A stretch of 64,000 bases of DNA from Negativicutes bacterium (GTDB lineage Bacteria > Bacillota > Negativicutes > JBAXTZ01). Shown piece by piece: positions 19,131 through 29,698 of the stretch. Location of the stretch: assembly GCA_041666525.1 (NCBI GenBank), contig JBAYGT010000002.1:139975-203974 (forward strand), given 5' to 3'. The notes under the pieces are model-generated. The model worked only from the letters and a program-made list of their open reading frames with translations, had not been told where the DNA came from and did not search any database. The first letter of the stretch is position 1. Each line of letters opens with the position of its first letter. The translations under genes and the position numbers were made by a program.

Positions 19131-21167
19131 ATGAATTTAGATTTATCCACTTCAATTCGCTATTTAAGAGGCGTAGGCAATGCTCGAGCTAATATTCTTG
19201 CCAAACTGAATATTTTCAATTTCCGTGATTTACTGGAATACTATCCGGTTCGCTATGAAGACCGTAGCAGTATTAGTACCATTTGCCAGCTAAAAATGGG
19301 TGATGTTGTTTCGATATACGGGCTAATTGCAGCTGTTACTGGCAGAAAAATTCGTGCCGGATTACATATTACGACGGTACGAATAACTGATGCCGGCGGT
19401 ACCATGAATCTGGTGTGGTTTAATCAACAGTTTCGCGAAAAACAATTTCACATTGGATCAATGATCTCTGCATATGGCAAAGTTGAACGCAATAATTTTG
19501 GCATTAGTATGACGAATCCAGAATATGAATTATTCGACATTGATGACGATTTTCAAAGTATGGGTATAGTACCAATTTACCGATTGACCGAGGGAATAAC
19601 TGGAAAAACTGTTCGCATGTTGCTTAGTAGCTTGCTCGAAAGTGTCACGCTAAAATCGGCACTTCCTGACGAACTAATACATAACTTGACACTAATGAAT
19701 TACCATCAAGCAGTCAAGAATATTCATCAGCCGACGGATGCAACAGTTATTGCTCCGGCACGGGAGCGTCTGGTGTTTGAAGAATTTTTTGCTTTGCAAG
19801 CCTGCATATTGATGCATCGTATTCACAATCAAAGTAAACAAGGTGTGGCAAAATTCGTTAATCAAGCTAGGACTGCTCAGTTTTTGGAGTTACTACCATT
19901 CCAATTGACTGATGCGCAGCGTGAAGTTTGGCAGGAAATCAAGTCTGATTTACAAAAAGAAAGTCCGATGGAACGCTTGATTCAGGGCGACGTTGGATCA
20001 GGCAAGACGGTCATTTCAGCATTGGCGCTGATTTGTGCCGTAGAAAATGGTTATCAAGCCACGTTAATGGCACCGACCGAAGTGTTGGCAACACAACATT
20101 TTAATTTTTTACAAAACTATTTCTCAAAACTTGACATAAAGGTTGTGCTGTTAACAGGAAAAAGTAAAACCAAAACCACAGTTCTTGAGTCAATCGCGCA
20201 GAGACAGGTAGACATAGTAATTGGCACTCATGCTATAATCCAGGACAAAGTTGAATTTGCCAAACTTGGTTTAGTAGTTACCGATGAGCAGCATCGGTTT
20301 GGCGTTGAGCAGCGTGAGCGGCTTAAAACCAAAGGTAATAATCCGCATATGCTGGTCATGACCGCTACACCCATTCCGCGCACCTTGGCTTTAACAGTTT
20401 TTGGCGACCTGGATATTTCTACGATAAAACAGCTACCGCAAGGACGCAAACCGGTAAAAACTTATCTCCGCGACTCAAAAAAACGGTCAGCTGTTTATGA
20501 TTTTGCTTTGAATCAAATCAAATCAGGACGTCAGGTGTTTGTCGTCTGTCCGTTAATCGAAGAATCCGAAAAACTGCAGGTACAGTCGGCGATAACATTA
20601 TACAATGAGTTATCCACATCAGTTTTTCGAGAATCGTGCTGTGTACTACTTCACGGACAAATGAAACAGCAGGAGAAAGATGCTGCAATGCGGTTGTTTA
20701 GTGAGGGAAGTGCCGATGTCATGGTTGCTACAACAGTGATCGAGGTAGGAATCGACATTCCAAATGCTACAGTTATGCTTATTGAAGGTGCCGACCGTTT
20801 TGGGCTGTCACAATTACACCAGTTACGTGGCCGCGTGGGGAGAAGTGCGCATCAATCTTATTGTATTTTACTAAGCGAAAGCGGCAACCAGGACACACTC
20901 CGGCGATTATCGGCATTTACCGATTGCAACGATGGTTTTACGATATCTGATTTGGATTTACAATTTCGCGGCATTGGCCAATTTTTCGGATTGCGTCAAC
21001 ACGGCTTGAGTGATTTGAAGATTGGTGACATCATCGCCGATTATCCGGTGATGATCAAAGCGAAAGCAGCAGTCGTTGCGATTTTAGAGCAGCCGAAAGG
21101 GCAGGCTGTATTGACTAATTATATAAACGAGCATTTTACAGTTCCGCCTGAGCTGCTCAAAAATTAA
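19131..21167 (+). CDS. recG: ATP-dependent DNA helicase RecG
   Basis: Wedge/OB region followed by a helicase with GDVGSGKT (Walker A), DEQHRFG, TATPIPRT and QLRGRVGR motifs. Start is uncertain and could be 19053. Confidence 0.88.
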   Translation: MNLDLSTSIRYLRGVGNARANILAKLNIFNFRDLLEYYPVRYEDRSSISTICQLKMGDVVSIYGLIAAVTGRKIRAGLHITTVRITDAGGTMNLVWFNQQFREKQFHIGSMISAYGKVERNNFGISMTNPEYELFDIDDDFQSMGIVPIYRLTEGITGKTVRMLLSSLLESVTLKSALPDELIHNLTLMNYHQAVKNIHQPTDATVIAPARERLVFEEFFALQACILMHRIHNQSKQGVAKFVNQARTAQFLELLPFQLTDAQREVWQEIKSDLQKESPMERLIQGDVGSGKTVISALALICAVENGYQATLMAPTEVLATQHFNFLQNYFSKLDIKVVLLTGKSKTKTTVLESIAQRQVDIVIGTHAIIQDKVEFAKLGLVVTDEQHRFGVEQRERLKTKGNNPHMLVMTATPIPRTLALTVFGDLDISTIKQLPQGRKPVKTYLRDSKKRSAVYDFALNQIKSGRQVFVVCPLIEESEKLQVQSAITLYNELSTSVFRESCCVLLHGQMKQQEKDAAMRLFSEGSADVMVATTVIEVGIDIPNATVMLIEGADRFGLSQLHQLRGRVGRSAHQSYCILLSESGNQDTLRRLSAFTDCNDGFTISDLDLQFRGIGQFFGLRQHGLSDLKIGDIIADYPVMIKAKAAVVAILEQPKGQAVLTNYINEHFTVPPELLKN

Positions 21168-21272
21168 TGTCAATCGGAAATCCTTGCGTTGGGCTGGATG
21201 TGCGCCTGTTGATATGATATAATATTTCTCGCTTAGCAGCTCAATGCTTCTTTCAATGGCTTTTATACTAAA

Positions 21273-22052
21273 GTGATTGTTTGTATCGGAGATATTGTGA
21301 ATTATAGGAAACTTTTGCGCAAAATATTGTCATGGATAATCATTATTGCCGTCTGCATCGGAACTTATGAAATAAACCCTGAGTTTTTTCAAAAAAGTCT
21401 AAAAATGATTGCTGTTGGCGATATCCAGTCTTTGGCAACGTATTTGCACAGTTTTGGCGCATGGACAGCTGTCATATTGCTGCTACTGTTCATAATTTTA
21501 ACTTTTGATGTTGTTTTCCCGTTTATGTTACTCGAAGGCGCCGCCGGAATCATCTACGGTTTCTTTTGGGGAACGTTGCTAAGTTGGGTTGGTGAAGTCG
21601 CAGGCGCGTTGGTGATGTTTTTTGTTGCCCGTTATTTTTTTCGCGACTACGTTCACGGGTTGTTAATCAAGAGTAAATACATGAAGCAAGCTGAAGATTA
21701 TTCATCTAAGAAAGGTTTTTGGATTTTATTATATGCGCGGTTGTTTCCGTTAGCACCGTCTGGGATTATCACTGCGGTTGCAGCTATCAGTCAAATAAAG
21801 TTTCGCGATTTCATTCTAGCAACTATTATTGGTAAGCTTCCACCGATAATTATCAAGGTGCTAATGGGTCATGATTTAGCTTTCATTAATAATCCCGACA
21901 GTTCCAAGAGCATGTTACTAATTGTCATCGCAATAGTATGTGCTTACGGTGGTTTCATGTATTATCAAAAAAAGCAAAGGGAAAAGAAAGCTCTGCTCAA
22001 AGAACAACACGAAAAACACGAACACCATAAACATGATCATCATAAGGATTGA
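21273..22052 (+). CDS. DedA/TVP38-family membrane protein with a His-rich C-terminal tail
   Basis: Multi-TM protein with VTT-domain-like hydrophobic spans. Tail EQHEKHEHHKHDHHKD. Confidence 0.55.
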   Translation: MIVCIGDIVNYRKLLRKILSWIIIIAVCIGTYEINPEFFQKSLKMIAVGDIQSLATYLHSFGAWTAVILLLLFIILTFDVVFPFMLLEGAAGIIYGFFWGTLLSWVGEVAGALVMFFVARYFFRDYVHGLLIKSKYMKQAEDYSSKKGFWILLYARLFPLAPSGIITAVAAISQIKFRDFILATIIGKLPPIIIKVLMGHDLAFINNPDSSKSMLLIVIAIVCAYGGFMYYQKKQREKKALLKEQHEKHEHHKHDHHKD

Positions 22053-22060
22053 ATTTTGTT

Positions 22061-22759
22061 ATGAAGAAGAGAATATTGCTGTTTGCGACCCTTGTCGCAA
22101 TAATCATTTTTTATGCAATTAATAATCAAAAATTCGTCAATATAATTATCGCATGTGTTTTTGCAGGCGATCATCTTACTTTATCTGCCTATATCCTTAA
22201 CTTGCATCACTTCTTGATAACTCCGTTTGCATTGTTTTTTGCATATATAATTGGCGCAATCATGCCTACTTTTAATAAGGCTATTTTATACAAAAGTTGT
22301 CTTGATCTGTACGGGGAAATTGCCGGGGTTCCAATTGCGCTTCTATTCGAAGTGTTGGTCGCCAGCATCTATTTTTGTATCTTTAGATTCTTTTTTGCGC
22401 GTTTATTCGCGCGTCACGCTGTTGGTCAAGCGTTTGTTTCGCGTCTTTATCGATTTATTCATAATAACGGTTTCTCAACGACGCTTTATATGCGGTTGCA
22501 GCCATGGTTTCCCTCAGAATTAGCGACGTTAATTTCTGCGTCGTGTAAGGTGAAATATTATGAATTTCTGCGCGCGAGTTTGTGGGGAAAAGCCGCATTA
22601 ATTCTGTCAAAAGCATTGTTGGATAATTACCGGCTGTTTTTCATTGGAACACCGCGGACAATATTTAGATTGTTGACTATTTCAGTAGTGATTACTGTTG
22701 TTTTTATTTATCGTTATCACAAAAAATATCGAAAGGACATTTTTGATGAAAAAATATAA
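22061..22759 (+). CDS. DedA/TVP38-family membrane protein (tandem paralog)
   Basis: Second multi-TM ORF with similar length and hydropathy to the one upstream. Confidence 0.45.
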   Translation: MKKRILLFATLVAIIIFYAINNQKFVNIIIACVFAGDHLTLSAYILNLHHFLITPFALFFAYIIGAIMPTFNKAILYKSCLDLYGEIAGVPIALLFEVLVASIYFCIFRFFFARLFARHAVGQAFVSRLYRFIHNNGFSTTLYMRLQPWFPSELATLISASCKVKYYEFLRASLWGKAALILSKALLDNYRLFFIGTPRTIFRLLTISVVITVVFIYRYHKKYRKDIFDEKI

Positions 22760-23786
22760 CGTTGCCATTCTTGGCGCAACTGGCGCAGTCGGTCAGGAAT
22801 TCATCAGATTAATTGAAGAGCGTAATTTTCCATACAACAACTTGAAATTATTGGCATCCAGCCGATCAGCCGGTAAGTTAATACCGGTAAACGGTGTAAA
22901 CTACGTTGTCGAAGAAGCTACCAGAGGTTCTTTTAACAATATTGATATTGCATTGTTCGCCGGCGGTTCTAACAGCAAAGATTTTGCGCATGATGCAGTA
23001 CGCGCCGGAGCAGTAGTTATTGACAATTCCAGTGCCTTCCGCATGGATCCGACAGTTCCGTTGGTTGTGCCCGAAGTCAACCCTGAAGCGATAGCTAAGC
23101 ATAGTGGTATCATTGCTAATCCCAATTGTTCGACGATAATTATGCTGATGGCATTAAAACCATTGCACGATTACGCGAAAATCAAACGGATAGTTGTGTC
23201 GACCTATCAGGCAGTATCCGGCGCTGGCAAGGAAGCCATCGACGAATTGAATGATCAGGTGCGCGCGGTTATGGAAAACCGCAAACCGGTCGCTAATATT
23301 TTGCCTTCAGCAGCGTTGCCAAAACACTATCAAATCGCTTTCAATCTGATTCCGCATATTGATGGTTTTCTTGATAATGCATATACCAAAGAAGAGATGA
23401 AAATGGTACATGAGACACACAAGATTTTTGGTGATGATTCTATCGGAATTTCGCCAACTACGGTGCGCGTTCCCGTATATCGCAGCCACTCTGAATCAAT
23501 CAATTTAGAGTTTGAGCAACCGCTATCGCCGCAAAAAGCTCGTGAACTGCTAGCGGCTTTTCCTGGCGTAATTGTTGAAGATGATCCGCAGGAGATGCGC
23601 TATCCAATGCCTCTCGATGTATCTGACAAAAACGATGTTTATGTCGGACGAATTCGTGCGGACTTGTCGGTTACGAACGGACTAAATCTCTGGGTAGTGG
23701 GCGATCAAATTCGTAAAGGCGCAGCACTGAATGCTTTACAGATAGCCGAATATATGATTAAAAACAACATGTTTGCAAACAAATAA
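22746..23786 (+). CDS. asd: Aspartate-semialdehyde dehydrogenase
   Basis: MKKYNVAILGATGAVGQ Rossmann N-terminus, active-site NCSTI cysteine, ~347 aa. Confidence 0.9.
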   Translation: MKKYNVAILGATGAVGQEFIRLIEERNFPYNNLKLLASSRSAGKLIPVNGVNYVVEEATRGSFNNIDIALFAGGSNSKDFAHDAVRAGAVVIDNSSAFRMDPTVPLVVPEVNPEAIAKHSGIIANPNCSTIIMLMALKPLHDYAKIKRIVVSTYQAVSGAGKEAIDELNDQVRAVMENRKPVANILPSAALPKHYQIAFNLIPHIDGFLDNAYTKEEMKMVHETHKIFGDDSIGISPTTVRVPVYRSHSESINLEFEQPLSPQKARELLAAFPGVIVEDDPQEMRYPMPLDVSDKNDVYVGRIRADLSVTNGLNLWVVGDQIRKGAALNALQIAEYMIKNNMFANK

Positions 23787-23807
23787 AACACAATCGTCAA
23801 TTAACAC

Positions 23808-23848
23808 AACAAACAGCTTCGTGAATATACACGAAGCTGTTTGTTGTT
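23808..23848 (+). terminator. Rho-independent terminator after asd
   Basis: aacaaacagcttcgtg-aatatac-cacgaagctgtttgtt perfect hairpin followed by GTT. Confidence 0.6.
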
Positions 23849-23867
23849 ATATAGGCGCAAATAGTGT
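23843..23867 (+). promoter_or_regulatory. Putative promoter (TTGTTA-17-TGnTATAAT) giving a ~240-nt leader for rnj
   Basis: TTGTTA -35, 17-bp spacer, extended -10 TGTATAAT. The start codon is ~240 nt downstream. Confidence 0.35.
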
Positions 23868-24110
23868 ATAATCAACTTAAATATTTTGTTCGGCGGCAAA
23901 TACAATTTTCATTATTACTGAACTGGTTGCATAATATTTCAAAGCTCGTCTTGTGTCGGTTTCTATAAACAGCTAGCCGCGTCTATAGAGCGACAGCGAG
24001 TTTGAAAAGCATATTGTGAATTTTGTTAACAGGTAATAATACTAAACGCGACAACAGAATAATAATTAATGAGCGCAAAAATAATATTTGACGCTCTGTA
24101 TTTGATTTAT

Positions 24111-25790
24111 ATGGAGGAAATCTTGTCAAAAAAAGAGAAAATTCAAATAATTCCACTGGGTGGAATGGGAGAAGTCGGCAAAAACATGACCGTTGTCCGT
24201 TACCATGATGAAATGATCGTGGTAGATGCCGGACTGCGGTTTCCTGAAGATGATATGTTGGGGATTGATTTGGTAATTCCAGATTTTACATATCTTATTG
24301 AAAACAAAGAAATACTTAAAGCGATTGTAATTACTCACTCTCACGAAGATCATATCGGCGCTTTGCCGTATGTAATGAAGGAGATACCCGAGGTTGCCGT
24401 CTACGGCAGCCGTCTGACTTGCGGATTAGTCGCTAACAAATGCAAAGAGCACGGCTTGCGTGATAAAATGTTGCGGACGGTAAAAGCTGGTGAAACAATC
24501 AATCTCAGTAAGTCGTTTCGCGCCGAATTTATTCATGTCAGCCACAGTACACCTGATGCCATGGCAATCGCCGTGCACACACCGGTCGGTACAGTTTTGT
24601 TTACCGGAGATTTTAAAATTGATACTACGCCGGTTGACGGACAAGTAACCGATTTTTTTAAACTGGCATCACTTGGACAGAACGGGGTATTAGCTTTGCT
24701 ATCCGACAGTACCAATGCCGAACGTGCCGGCTATACGGCAAGTGAAAAAAGTGTCGGACCAACTTTCGACAAAGTGTTTGGTACTGCGCGCGAGCGAATA
24801 ATTGTAGCAACTTTCTCATCAAACATTCATCGTATTCAACAAGTATTAGATACGGCAGTCACCCATGGCCGGAAAGTAGCCATTTGTGGACGCAGTATGG
24901 TTACACTTGTTGCAATTGCAATAGAAATGGGTTATTTAAACGTTCCAGATAACTTGTTAATTGATTTAAACCAACTAAAAAACTACCCGAAAAATAAAAT
25001 CGTTATTATTTCTACCGGCAGCCAGGGCGAACCGCGTTCGGCGTTATCACGGATGGCTGCCAATGATCATCGTCAGGTAGAAATCACACCTACCGATACA
25101 GTAATCATTTCAGCCACACCAATTCCGGGAAATGAAAAATCGGTCGCAAAGACGGTTGATTCTCTGGTTAAGCAGGGGGCGGAAGTGGTCTATGAAAGCG
25201 AGGCAGGAATGCACGTTTCCGGTCACGCCAGCCAGGAAGAATTGAAGTTGATGCTGCAATTGATAAAGCCGAAGTTTTTCATTCCTTATCATGGTGATTT
25301 GCGATTCTTAAAAAAGCATTCTAAACTGGCTCAGGAAGTGGGCATTCCAAAAGAAAATATCATTGTCGCTGAAAATGGTAACGTGGTTGACATCTCTAGA
25401 GGCAGAATAAACATCTCTGGAAAAGTTACATCCGGGAAAATGCTTATTGATGGTTTGGGTGTCGGCGACGTCGGCAACATCGTATTACGCGACCGTAAAC
25501 AATTATCCGAAGACGGAATTCTCATGGTTGTTGCAACGATTGACAGCAACGCATGTCAGTTGACCGCAGGACCAGATATTCTATCGCGTGGCTTCGTATA
25601 CGTTCGTGAATCAGATGAATTAATTCAGGAGATTCGTCAACGTGCACAAGGAATAATTGAAAAACAATTACAAAACGGCAATGTCGATTGGCAAACAATT
25701 AAATCCGCGCTTCGCGACAATCTTAGCCGATTTCTTTACGAAAAAGTGCGCCGTCGTCCGATGATCTTACCAATTCTAATGGAGAGCTGA
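24111..25790 (+). CDS. rnj: Ribonuclease J (metallo-beta-lactamase / beta-CASP)
   Basis: HSHEDHIG zinc motif, beta-CASP and a C-terminal domain, total ~560 aa. An alternative TTG start at 24123 is preceded by GGAGGA. The track start at 24069 is probably too long. Confidence 0.88.
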   Translation: MEEILSKKEKIQIIPLGGMGEVGKNMTVVRYHDEMIVVDAGLRFPEDDMLGIDLVIPDFTYLIENKEILKAIVITHSHEDHIGALPYVMKEIPEVAVYGSRLTCGLVANKCKEHGLRDKMLRTVKAGETINLSKSFRAEFIHVSHSTPDAMAIAVHTPVGTVLFTGDFKIDTTPVDGQVTDFFKLASLGQNGVLALLSDSTNAERAGYTASEKSVGPTFDKVFGTARERIIVATFSSNIHRIQQVLDTAVTHGRKVAICGRSMVTLVAIAIEMGYLNVPDNLLIDLNQLKNYPKNKIVIISTGSQGEPRSALSRMAANDHRQVEITPTDTVIISATPIPGNEKSVAKTVDSLVKQGAEVVYESEAGMHVSGHASQEELKLMLQLIKPKFFIPYHGDLRFLKKHSKLAQEVGIPKENIIVAENGNVVDISRGRINISGKVTSGKMLIDGLGVGDVGNIVLRDRKQLSEDGILMVVATIDSNACQLTAGPDILSRGFVYVRESDELIQEIRQRAQGIIEKQLQNGNVDWQTIKSALRDNLSRFLYEKVRRRPMILPILMES

Positions 25791-27097
25791 TGTTTTACCA
25801 TATCCAAACCCATGGTTGTCAGATGAATGAAAATGATTCGGAAAACTTGGCTGGGCAGCTGCATGAATTAGGTTATCAAAACACTACCGATATCGAAACG
25901 GCAGACTGTATAGTCATTAACACCTGCTGTATCCGGGAAAGCGCTGAAAAGAAAATTCACGGCAAAATCGGTGAGCTTAAACGGCTGAAGAAAGAACGTC
26001 CGAGCCTGATTAATATTATAACCGGATGTATGGCACAGAAGAATGCTGACAATTTGCTTAAAAAATATGCACATATTGACATTGTGCTCGGACCGCAGAA
26101 TATTGAATATTTAAGCGATGCCTTGGTTGCCGCACAAAATGGCGAGCGGATAAATCACACTTCTACGGAAATTCGCCGTTTCACTCAAAATCATGAACCG
26201 GCACGATTTGACAAAACCGCCGCTTATGTTCCAATAATGCATGGCTGTAACAATTTTTGCAGTTATTGTATTGTCCCGTATGTACGCGGTCGTGAAATTA
26301 GCCGTAGCAGCTCTGAAATATTGGATGAAATCCGAAGCATCATCACAAACGGTTATAAGGAAATTGTCCTGCTCGGTCAAAATGTCAATTCCTACGGCAA
26401 AGAATCGGTAAATGAGATGAGTTTTGCGCAGTTGCTTGCGGCAATAGATAATATACCCGGCATTGATCGGTTGCGTTATATGACCTCGCATCCGCGTGAC
26501 ATGAGCGGTGAGGTCATCGACGTGATAGCCAACAGCCACTCAATTACCAAGCATTTTCATTTACCGGCGCAAGCTGGAAATGATGAAATATTAAGGTTAA
26601 TGAACCGTGGCTACACAGCTGCAGAATATCTCAACTTAATTAAAAAAATTCGCGATGTCGTGCCCGATGCTACAATTACCACAGATATTATTGTTGGTTT
26701 TCCCGGCGAAACCGAAGAAATGTTCAACGATACGCTTAAACTAATGCGCGCCGCTGAGTTTGATTTAGCCTATACTTTCATTTATTCTCAGCGGTCCGGA
26801 ACGCCAGCGGCATCCATGCCCAATCAAATTGCTCTGCCAGAAAAAAAACGCCGCTTGCAGCAATTAATGGCTGTTCAAAATGAAATTAGCTTAAAGAAAA
26901 ATCGTGATTGTGTTGGAAATAACGAGCTGGTTTCCGTAGAGGGGCCAAGTAAAAAAGACGCTAGCGTTTGGACTGGCAGAACGTCAGGAAATAAAATCGT
27001 ACATTGGACCTATCAGGGAACAGAGCAGGTCGGTTCAACTATAAATGTCAAAATTACTGCCGCCCAAACCTGGTTACTGCGCGGCGAATTAATATGA
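25790..27097 (+). CDS. miaB: tRNA-i6A37 methylthiotransferase MiaB (radical SAM)
   Basis: N-terminal MTTase cysteines (HGCQMNEND...TCCIRE), radical SAM CNNFCSYC, C-terminal TRAM domain. Confidence 0.9.
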   Translation: MFYHIQTHGCQMNENDSENLAGQLHELGYQNTTDIETADCIVINTCCIRESAEKKIHGKIGELKRLKKERPSLINIITGCMAQKNADNLLKKYAHIDIVLGPQNIEYLSDALVAAQNGERINHTSTEIRRFTQNHEPARFDKTAAYVPIMHGCNNFCSYCIVPYVRGREISRSSSEILDEIRSIITNGYKEIVLLGQNVNSYGKESVNEMSFAQLLAAIDNIPGIDRLRYMTSHPRDMSGEVIDVIANSHSITKHFHLPAQAGNDEILRLMNRGYTAAEYLNLIKKIRDVVPDATITTDIIVGFPGETEEMFNDTLKLMRAAEFDLAYTFIYSQRSGTPAASMPNQIALPEKKRRLQQLMAVQNEISLKKNRDCVGNNELVSVEGPSKKDASVWTGRTSGNKIVHWTYQGTEQVGSTINVKITAAQTWLLRGELI

Positions 27098-27104
27098 GGG
27101 ACGC

Positions 27105-29693
27105 ATGAGCCAAACACCGAATTATACTCCAATGATCATGCAGTACTTGGAAATAAAGAATAAACATCCGGAAGAAATCTTATTTTATCGTTTGGGAGAT
27201 TTCTACGAGATGTTTTTTTCGGATGCTTTGACTGCTTCGCGCGAACTCGACATAACGCTTACCGGACGTGATGCCGGGAGTGACGAGAAAGTTCCGATGT
27301 GCGGAGTGCCATATCATGCCGCAGAGAATTATATTGCAAAATTAATTGCCAAAGGCTATAAGGTGGCAATTTGCGAACAAGTTGAAGATGCAAAAGTCGC
27401 AAAAGGTCTTGTCCGTCGTGAAGTAATCCGTATTATTACACCGGGAACCATATTATCCGAGTCGATGCTATCCCAGTACCATAACAATTTTATAGCGCTA
27501 CTATTTGAACAAGATACGACACTATATCTTTCTGCGGCTGATATTTCCACAGGCGAGTTTTTTTGGTTAAAATGTTTGAATTTTTCCCAACTTGAAGACT
27601 TTCTGGCCCGTGTGTTACCGGCGGAACTTTTACGCTCCACACGTATTAGCAACTTAGAAGAACTAAACAAGTTGTTAAAAACTCGGTTGCCAAACACCGT
27701 TGTAACCGAACGATTATACGATGGTGCCGATTTGCCGATTAATTTGTTCACGCGGCATTTTCCTAACCAACCGACTAATGATTCAAATGCCGTGTTGGCT
27801 TGCGGTTTGCTGCTTGAATATCTTGAGTTTACGCAAAAAAGTCAGTTGACGCATATTAACCGGCTAAATTATTTTTCGGTTGATGATACGATGGTTATCG
27901 ATTCAGCCAGTTTGCGCAATCTGGAAATATCACGAAATATGCGTGATGGGTCCAAGAAAGATACGCTATTGTCGGTTGTTGATTTTACTTGTACGGCAAT
28001 GGGTAGCCGGATGCTGAAAAAATGGTTGGAATATCCGTTGCTTAATCCGATAAAAATCAACAGACGTCAAGATGCAATTCAGGAGTTAGTTTCGCAGCCA
28101 CTGTTGCTACAAAATTGTCGCGAAAACTTAAACTGTGTTCAAGATTTGGAGCGCATTCTCACCCGGATTGATTTGGGAACGGCAAATGCCCGCGATTTAG
28201 TCGCGTTAAAAACTTCTCTGATTGCGATTCCGCAGCTTAAGCAGTTATTTTTGACCGCTAACGCACAGTTGCTGACTGACTTTTCCGCAAACACCTGTGC
28301 TTATACCGAAATAGTCGATTTGTTAACCGCCACTATCGAAGATAATCCGCCCCTTTCGGTTCGTGACGGCGGTTTTATTCGTTCCAATTATGATATCGAA
28401 TTAGATGAGCTAAGAGCAATCTCCAAAGACGCTAAGACGTTTTTGTTGGAAATGGAAACACGTGAACGCGAAGTAACCGGTATTAAGTCGCTAAAGATTG
28501 GTTTTAACAAAGTATTTGGCTATTATATTGAGATTACTCATGCCAACAGTCAAGCCGCGCCGTTACACTACACCAGAAAGCAAACTTTAGCTAACGCCGA
28601 GCGTTATATTACACATGAGCTCAAAGATTTTGAATCCAAGATTCTCGGCGCGCATGAACGCATAATAAATATCGAATTTCATTTGTTTAATCAAATTCGC
28701 GAAAAAATCGCGGCACAGCTTAACGGCATTCAGGACAGCGCGCGACGAATAGCAGAAATTGATACACTGTATTCATTAGCTGAAGCGGCCAGCCGCAATA
28801 ACTATATCCGGCCGGAAATTACGACTGGAAACGAAATCAGCATTGCCGACGGACGCCATCCGGTAATTGAGCAGCTATGCATCAATGAACGCTATGTGCC
28901 AAACGACATTGTTTTAAACAACACTAACAGTGAAATTTTAATTATCACTGGCCCAAACATGGCTGGTAAATCAACGTATATGCGACAAACAGCATTACTG
29001 GTATTGCTTGCGCACACTGGAAGTTTTATACCGGCGACCGCCGCCAGCATTGGCGTTGTAGATAAAATTTTTACGCGGATTGGCGCCAATGATGATTTAT
29101 CCACCGGACAGAGTACCTTCATGATGGAAATGAACGAAGTGGCGCACATCATCAAAAATGCTACCCGCAACAGTCTGATAATTTTAGATGAAATCGGTCG
29201 TGGAACCAGCACCTACGACGGCATGAGCATTGCCCGCGCAGTTTTAGAGTATATCAAAGACAGCATTCACGCCAAAACGTTATTTGCAACACATTATCAT
29301 GAACTCACGGTACTTGAAGAACAATTAAGTGGTGTCAAGAATTTTTCGGTAGCTGTCAAGGAACGGGGGAACGATATAACATTTTTGCATCGGATTATTC
29401 CCGGCAGGGCTGATAAAAGTTACGGCATTCATGTAGCCAGTTTGGCTGGTCTTCCTAAGAAAATTTTGATAAATGCACGTGAACATTTAGGCAATTTGGA
29501 AACTGCCAATCACGAACCACAACAGCACCTCCAGCTTCAGAAAATGTCCGATAACTCGATGAGCTCGCTGTTCGACGCACAAACATCCGAAACACTACGG
29601 CAATTAGCAGGCATTGACGTGTTGTCACTCACACCAATCGAAGCTTTAAACATTCTCTACAAATTAAACGCAACCGCCAAGTCGGAGATTTAG
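27105..29693 (+). CDS. mutS: DNA mismatch repair protein MutS
   Basis: 862 aa. GPNMAGKSTYMRQ Walker A plus the TFMMEM and DEIGRGTSTYDG motifs. Confidence 0.95.
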   Translation: MSQTPNYTPMIMQYLEIKNKHPEEILFYRLGDFYEMFFSDALTASRELDITLTGRDAGSDEKVPMCGVPYHAAENYIAKLIAKGYKVAICEQVEDAKVAKGLVRREVIRIITPGTILSESMLSQYHNNFIALLFEQDTTLYLSAADISTGEFFWLKCLNFSQLEDFLARVLPAELLRSTRISNLEELNKLLKTRLPNTVVTERLYDGADLPINLFTRHFPNQPTNDSNAVLACGLLLEYLEFTQKSQLTHINRLNYFSVDDTMVIDSASLRNLEISRNMRDGSKKDTLLSVVDFTCTAMGSRMLKKWLEYPLLNPIKINRRQDAIQELVSQPLLLQNCRENLNCVQDLERILTRIDLGTANARDLVALKTSLIAIPQLKQLFLTANAQLLTDFSANTCAYTEIVDLLTATIEDNPPLSVRDGGFIRSNYDIELDELRAISKDAKTFLLEMETREREVTGIKSLKIGFNKVFGYYIEITHANSQAAPLHYTRKQTLANAERYITHELKDFESKILGAHERIINIEFHLFNQIREKIAAQLNGIQDSARRIAEIDTLYSLAEAASRNNYIRPEITTGNEISIADGRHPVIEQLCINERYVPNDIVLNNTNSEILIITGPNMAGKSTYMRQTALLVLLAHTGSFIPATAASIGVVDKIFTRIGANDDLSTGQSTFMMEMNEVAHIIKNATRNSLIILDEIGRGTSTYDGMSIARAVLEYIKDSIHAKTLFATHYHELTVLEEQLSGVKNFSVAVKERGNDITFLHRIIPGRADKSYGIHVASLAGLPKKILINAREHLGNLETANHEPQQHLQLQKMSDNSMSSLFDAQTSETLRQLAGIDVLSLTPIEALNILYKLNATAKSEI

Positions 29694-29698
29694 CAACT

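Noticed and set aside
22016-22050. His-rich stretch (HEKHEHHKHDHHKD) as a possible repeat or low-complexity artefact
   Set aside because: It is in frame at the end of a clean membrane-protein ORF and immediately followed by a stop. It is treated as a genuine C-terminal metal-binding tail and not as a DNA repeat.
21940-22523. Small + strand ORFs 21940-22122 and 22251-22523
   Set aside because: These are alternative frames inside the DedA-like genes, with low-complexity or biased composition. They are not independent genes.
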